From contig JAQGDQ010000093.1 of the NCBI GenBank assembly GCA_030141605.1, positions 124,001 through 188,000 of the forward strand: DNA of 64,000 nt, given 5' to 3'. This document shows positions 58,821-64,000 of this stretch, piece by piece. The notes beneath the pieces were generated by a model. The model had not been told where the DNA came from. It worked only from the letters and a program-made list of their open reading frames with translations, and ran no database searches. The number at the start of each line of letters is the position of its first letter. Position 1 is the first letter of the stretch. Source of the stretch: Tubiluchus corallicola. Taxonomy: Eukaryota > Animalia > Priapulida. Made by a program: the position numbers and the translations under genes.

Positions 58821-59315
58821 GTGAGTAGTAAACATTTGTTTATCTGACACCTTTAAAATGGTTTTAAACTAGCCGTATGTGAATTTTAGCTATTGCTATT
58901 GTTTCACAGTGGATCCACTAATATAAAAACAAGCATAACACTGATGAAGTACCGGAGACTTAAGGCAGTCTGACGTAGGTAGGATCTTCTGAAACTCCTA
59001 GGCACCATGGTAATCTTACAGCCTTGCTCAAGAATATTGTATTGCAAGTTAATGTCAACAAAATGAATGTTTCCTGTTATCACGGTCATATTACTTAAAG
59101 ACACCCACAGGTTTGTATAAAAACATCAGCAGTGCTATTATTTTGAGTCTTAGGTGTGGCTAGACAGTAGAATTGAACCCTTAATCTCTCAAGTGGGTGA
59201 GCCACTCTACCTCTGATTCCCCCATTCTCTGCCTTTAGAGTGTCAAGTGGTTTTTGAGACAAACCAATTGTAAAACAAAGCAAGAATGCAGGGATTTGAT
59301 TTTCATAAATGAAAT

Positions 59316-59955
59316 GTGTGCTTGCATAGCAAACTTGTCCATAAGTCGGCAATTAAGCTTTTCTAGTTATTCACATATCCTGAATCTCCATTTCATGAGG
59401 ATCATTTTGATACCAAGCTCATCACTCTATATTATTTCTAAGTGAGATAATCCACATTGAAGTTGAGGTGCAGGCTGTGCACTGAAAAACAATCTTGAGA
59501 AAATCGCTGTTAAAGTTAGCCATTGTTTTTTTTTTCGTGTTTCTGTGAGAACCGTACGAAAATGTGGTTGCTATGGACTTTACAAGAGCACATTGTAGTT
59601 ATGTTTAAATCCAGTAGATGGCTCTTTCTGAACAAGATCAGGGTTTGACAACAACAAAAAATCAGAAGCAAAATAATTGTTTCCATGAGCTACTATCAAA
59701 AGTTTAAAAATAGAAATTTTTCTTAATTGTATTAATAGTTTCTAGACAGAAAAGTGAGTACACGATTATAAAATTATATTTTTAGTGTTTTTCAAACATT
59801 TTGTTGAACATTAAAGTCCAATATATTTAGCGTTTGTTTTCATAAAAAACGAAAAAATCAACATTTGACCAAATTTTTGGTGCATTCTACTTTAAAGCAT
59901 CATAACGTAGTTTTGACTATGCCGACTTATGGACGGTTTTGGTTTGCAAGCACAC
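59316..59955 (+). mobile_element. Full-length ~640-bp non-autonomous DNA transposon (MITE family A; Sola1-like 4-bp AWWT TSD)
   Basis: ~36-bp imperfect TIRs GTGTGCTTGCA...GTCCATAAGTCGGCA / TGCCGACTTATGGAC...TGCAAGCACAC; flanked by AAAT on both sides. Confidence 0.88.
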
Positions 59956-60236
59956 AAATTATTTTGTATCTTCTAACCTTTAAGCAGCTGAGCAACTTAT
60001 AATAATTTGCAAATGTTAACTTTTACCCATTTCACCCACTTTGACACAAACCCTAAATAATTAATCACTGGTTTTAATTATTATTCCTCATTGCATAGTT
60101 TGTAATTTTTATTTTTCTAATGTTTATTATAGCCCATTATAAAATCCATGCTGCTATGCATATTGCAACTACCTTTATGTGTAATATTGTTTGAGCAGGT
60201 GGTGGACTTTCGGCCAGTAGTGAGATTAGTAGACAG

Positions 60237-60592
60237 TAGGGGTGAGCATCGAACGTTCGAATTCGATTCAAACGAGTTTTTTTAGTTCGAATTCGATTTG
60301 AACCTAAAATTATAGATTCGAATAATTCAGCGCTTCAATCACATGTGTTTTTTATCATTAAACGATTGAAACATTAATTCATTGTAATTTAGCTGTGATT
60401 GCTGTGCACAATTCTAAACAAATTAATAGTGGTTTTACTACAGGACAAAATTGAGTAACATGATCTTTGTAAGACAATTTTTACTGGTGGTTTGAAAACT
60501 TGTTCGAAAATCTTTCAATCTCAATTCGAATTCGAAAGTCACAAATTTGAATTGATTCGAATTCGCTTTCTGGTGGAGAATGCTCACCCCTA
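60237..60592. mobile_element. hAT-like MITE
   Basis: TIR TAGGGGTGAGCAT / ATGCTCACCCCTA; 8-bp TSD GTAGACAG/GTGGACAG; TTCGAA-rich subterminal repeats; related copy at 44092-45113. Confidence 0.82.
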
Positions 60593-61323
60593 GTGGACAG
60601 CACTGAATTAGAAAATTCAGAAATAATTATTTCAATAAGTACATTATACTTATATGACTTACAGTTAGTAAATAAGCAGCCAAGCTGAGCCAGCAAACAG
60701 TGAATTGGTTGTGTGATCCCCGCGCTAACTGTTCTGTGTTGCTTATTAAATATAACTGATAAGTGTACGTCTAAATAACTAATAACACAAAACCAATACA
60801 ATCAAATTTCCTGTAATAATAGAAATGTCACGTCCAAATAAACATTCATATTAGCACTAAAAAACTATTAACATATTAGTTATTTATAGTCTATTTAAAA
60901 TTATCCCCTAAAGTTTTTCAATTTGTTTTCTTCTTAATCTGCCTTCGCAATTTATCCTTACTTTAAAATAAATCAGTTGAAATGAATACAATCAATTTAA
61001 CGCATCACTCTAAAAAGATTTCCAGCGGCCACTGGTGCGTGCACTGTGCAGCCATCTGTCGCGTAAAAAACAAAGTATGTTTCCTTTGTGTACTGTACCG
61101 TACTCATCGTAAACTGGTTTCCAGTTAAACCATAAAATCATTAGCCAGAGAAATTGTCGAGAATTTGGTATTTTCGCTGAAATTGCGCAGAAATACAAGG
61201 GTACGCCGTATATTATTCTTTTGAGCGTTAATCGGCGGTATGACAGACCGGATTTAGCTTTTCTAGTAAATTTGTATCACTCTGTCACTTGAAATTTTGC
61301 GTACGTACTAGAACGCGAATAAA

Positions 61324-62046
61324 ATGACAGAAGACGCAGCTAGCATTCTGTGCAAGTTGGAAAGTGTAAAGGAGATTCGCGCAAAGACAATACAGTTAGA
61401 GAAACTGAAAGCGAGACTAAAATCAGAAATGGAACTTATAGAAAGGGAGGAGTCCTATTTGAAAGAATACAAGGCTGAGATGGACTTGCTTTTGCAAGAA
61501 AAGATGGCGCACGTGGAGGAGTTGAGACTCATACATGCAGATATTAACCTGATGGAAACTAATATCAAGAGTTCTGAAGAAGATAGAAACCGTTGGTTAG
61601 AGAATGCGAAGTTCTTGTATGATGAGTACCGCCCTCTGAAGGAACAAGTGGACATGATGAGATCAACAATTGGACTGTCAAAGCTGCCAGAATTTTCCAG
61701 CGATGACGGCAAGGTTGTGCCCGAATTCTTTGACAAGCACAGAACGACAGAATCATGGCAGCAGGAAATGCACGAAACACCGGTGATACAACCTCAGATC
61801 GTTGCCGCTTCCGTGGCCATGCCGCAACAAGTGCCGGACGTACGACACAAGAACATACAGGAACGCTCGGCGCCACCTGTTGCACCGTCAGCGCCATCAT
61901 TTCGCCAGCAACCGCCCCCGATGAAAGCCTGTCTCTCCTGTCATCAACAGATTCATCGCAATGCGCCTATCTGTCCGCTATGTAAAGCAAAAAGTCGCTC
62001 TCGTAATCCGAAGAAGCCCAAGCGTAAACCAGACGAACAAAATTAA
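61324..62046 (+). CDS. ZC4H2: Zinc finger C4H2 domain-containing protein (ZC4H2/KIAA1166), 240 aa, intronless CDS
   Basis: Coiled coil [30 protein letters not shown] and C-terminal [43 protein letters not shown], near-identical to human ZC4H2 as recalled; good start context AAAATGA. Confidence 0.97.
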   Translation: MTEDAASILCKLESVKEIRAKTIQLEKLKARLKSEMELIEREESYLKEYKAEMDLLLQEKMAHVEELRLIHADINLMETNIKSSEEDRNRWLENAKFLYDEYRPLKEQVDMMRSTIGLSKLPEFSSDDGKVVPEFFDKHRTTESWQQEMHETPVIQPQIVAASVAMPQQVPDVRHKNIQERSAPPVAPSAPSFRQQPPPMKACLSCHQQIHRNAPICPLCKAKSRSRNPKKPKRKPDEQN

Positions 62047-62148
62047 TAATCCTGTTAAATTTATGAACTTGTAATCATTATAATTTTAATGTGTGTTTAC
62101 AGATTACATTAAGTGTTTGTCGTAGCTAATACGCTAACAGTAACGCAT

Positions 62149-62771
62149 GTGTACTTGCAAAAAAAACGTTCGTAAGTCGGCATAGTTAAAACTACGTTAT
62201 GATGTTTCAAAGTAGAATACTCCAAAAATTTGGTCAAATGTTAACTTTTTGTTTTCTATAAAAACAAACACTAAATATATTGGACTTTGTGTTCAAGAAA
62301 ATGTTTAAAAAATACTAAAAATCTAATTTTATAACCCTGTACTCACTTTTCTGTCTAGAAACTATTACTACAATTAAGAAAAGCTTGTATTTTCAAATTT
62401 TGATAGTAGCTCATGGAAACAATGATTTTTCTTCGGCTTTTTCTGTTTGCCAAGCCCACACCTTACTGGATTTAAGCATAGCAACAATGTGTTCTTGCGA
62501 AGTCCGTAGCAATCAACATTTGTGCGGTTGCTAAGTGTTTTGTAAAGACGTGACAAAAACATTGGCTAACTGTAACAGCGATTTTCTCAAGATCATGTTT
62601 TTCAGTGTGTACCCTGCACCTCAACTTCAACGTGGATTATCTCAGCATTGAAATAACATAGAGTGATGAGCTTGATATTAAAATGGTCCTTGTGAAATGG
62701 AGATTCGGGATATGTGAATAACTAGAAAAGCTTAATTGCCGACTTATGGGCGATTATCTATACAAGCACAC
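62149..62771 (-). mobile_element. MITE family A, full-length, ~100 bp downstream of the ZC4H2 stop
   Basis: Both TIRs present; TSD degenerate (GCAT/ATAT). Confidence 0.85.
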
Positions 62772-63169
62772 ATATTTTCTTCGTAAAAAATTAGAATACA
62801 CTGTAGCTCATGAAATGTTTTTGTTATTTAACTAGTACTAGAGTAAAATTGCTTACTGTATTTAATTAATAAGTTCTTAATAAATTCATGGTTGTCTGCT
62901 GCCCTGATGAAAAGAATGCAAGGTTCCAAAACAGGTGTTAATATGTAAGCATATGTAAATGAATTTAATATTGAGCTTTGAAAAACTTTGCTTTCCTGCA
63001 TCAGCTGAAACTTAAATCTTCTAAATCATTTATAATATTCATTTTAATCGTTGATTGTTTACCATTAACTATACGTCAACTACAGTCATTACAACCTTTT
63101 AAAAACACACCTTTTAGGCAAGATTATGGAATATAGTTTTATTTATTGAGCATTTTATTTCTCAGGCCA

Positions 63170-63640
63170 ATAGACGCATTTGAATGATAAAACGTTGCAT
63201 TTCGTCACCTAGTGCAAAAATTATTGTACATCTTTATAAAGCGATCGGTAGGCCAATACTTGAATATGCGTGCGTTGTCTGGTCACCAAATTACCCTTGA
63301 AAATGCTTTAGAAAAATGGAGGTGTATTAGTCTGGCCTCTGATATTCAACCTGATTCTTTATCTTCTCTTGAACAACACTGTGATACTATAGATCTTATT
63401 AATTGTTACAAAGTCATTAGTGGTAGTTCTATTTTGCGTAGTGACAAAGTTTTTTCTAGTGCACTGCATGATTTGCATGGACACAATTCTAAATCATTTG
63501 TACAATGCTCTCGACTAATATCAGAGCTCATTTCTTCTCGTGTTGTGGGCCCTTGGAATTCGCTTAATAGTAAAACAGTTGACGCATCAAATCTGCCGCA
63601 ATTTTGCAAATTGTCGAGGAGAGACCGTCAATAACCGTGT
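63170..63640 (+). mobile_element. CR1/L2-clade LINE 3' fragment, decayed
   Basis: RPILEYAC.VWSP-like remnant, DLINCYKVI, LHGHNSK and SRVVGPWNSL..TVDASNL. Confidence 0.72.
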
Positions 63641-64000
63641 GATGGTTAGGTCTCTTAGACTTCACAAGTAAGCATTTGTACAATATTTAATTTTATGATG
63701 ACTTTTAAATCTTATAAGCTTAACACTATTTACAATTAATATAATTTTGTGATTTTAAGAATGATTAATTTATAATTATTTTGTATGTAATTGTGAATTG
63801 TAACTTTTTAGCTATACCACACATCAAGATCTCCGAATTGATGCGCTCTACAAATAATAAATTATTATTATTATTTTATAAAATCTTTTTTCTGTGTAGT
63901 ACGATTATCCAAAATTTTGATGTCTGTCTTACAAGTGGCATGCCCCCCCCCCCATATTTTTTTCGAGATTGATCTTAATTGAACTACGCACAAACCTGAA

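Noticed and set aside
61455-61985. Overlapping and antisense ORFs within ZC4H2
   Set aside because: Shadow frames of a real CDS with no independent evidence.
62895-62940. Second hammerhead-like motif CTGATGA...CAAAAC
   Set aside because: Lacks the GAAA core and has only a weak stem II; not supportable.
63160-63200. Candidate next GTF3C1 exon after TTTCTCAG at ~63165
   Set aside because: In the required phase it reads PIDAFE* with no similarity to the expected HLKRNW segment, and it overlaps a CR1 fragment.

Overview
AT-rich, intron-rich animal (invertebrate-like) genomic DNA, standard genetic code; not prokaryotic, and most ORF-track entries are spurious. Two large multi-exon genes lie head-to-head around ~30.7-31.0 kb. 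FANCD2 is on the - strand: 17 coding exons traced from 28732 down to 210, ~647 aa, continuing past the left edge. GTF3C1 (TFIIIC B-box subunit) is on the + strand: 21 coding exons from 31007 to 58820, ~941 aa, apparently continuing past the right edge. Each host carries an intronless nested gene: an orphan class A GPCR antisense in an 8.8-kb FANCD2 intron, and ZC4H2 on the same strand, probably within a GTF3C1 intron. Introns are filled with MITEs (a >=11-copy AWWT-TSD family, hAT-like, Tigger-like), tRNA-type SINEs, CR1 fragments, a Penelope-like foldback with a hammerhead-ribozyme core, a decayed C2H2 zinc-finger fragment and minisatellites. The most unusual pattern is four independent tandem duplications that each copy an exon 3' end plus its splice donor. 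Gene identities rest on recalled similarity to human proteins and phase-consistent exon chains, not on database searches. I found no convincing wholly new multi-gene system.
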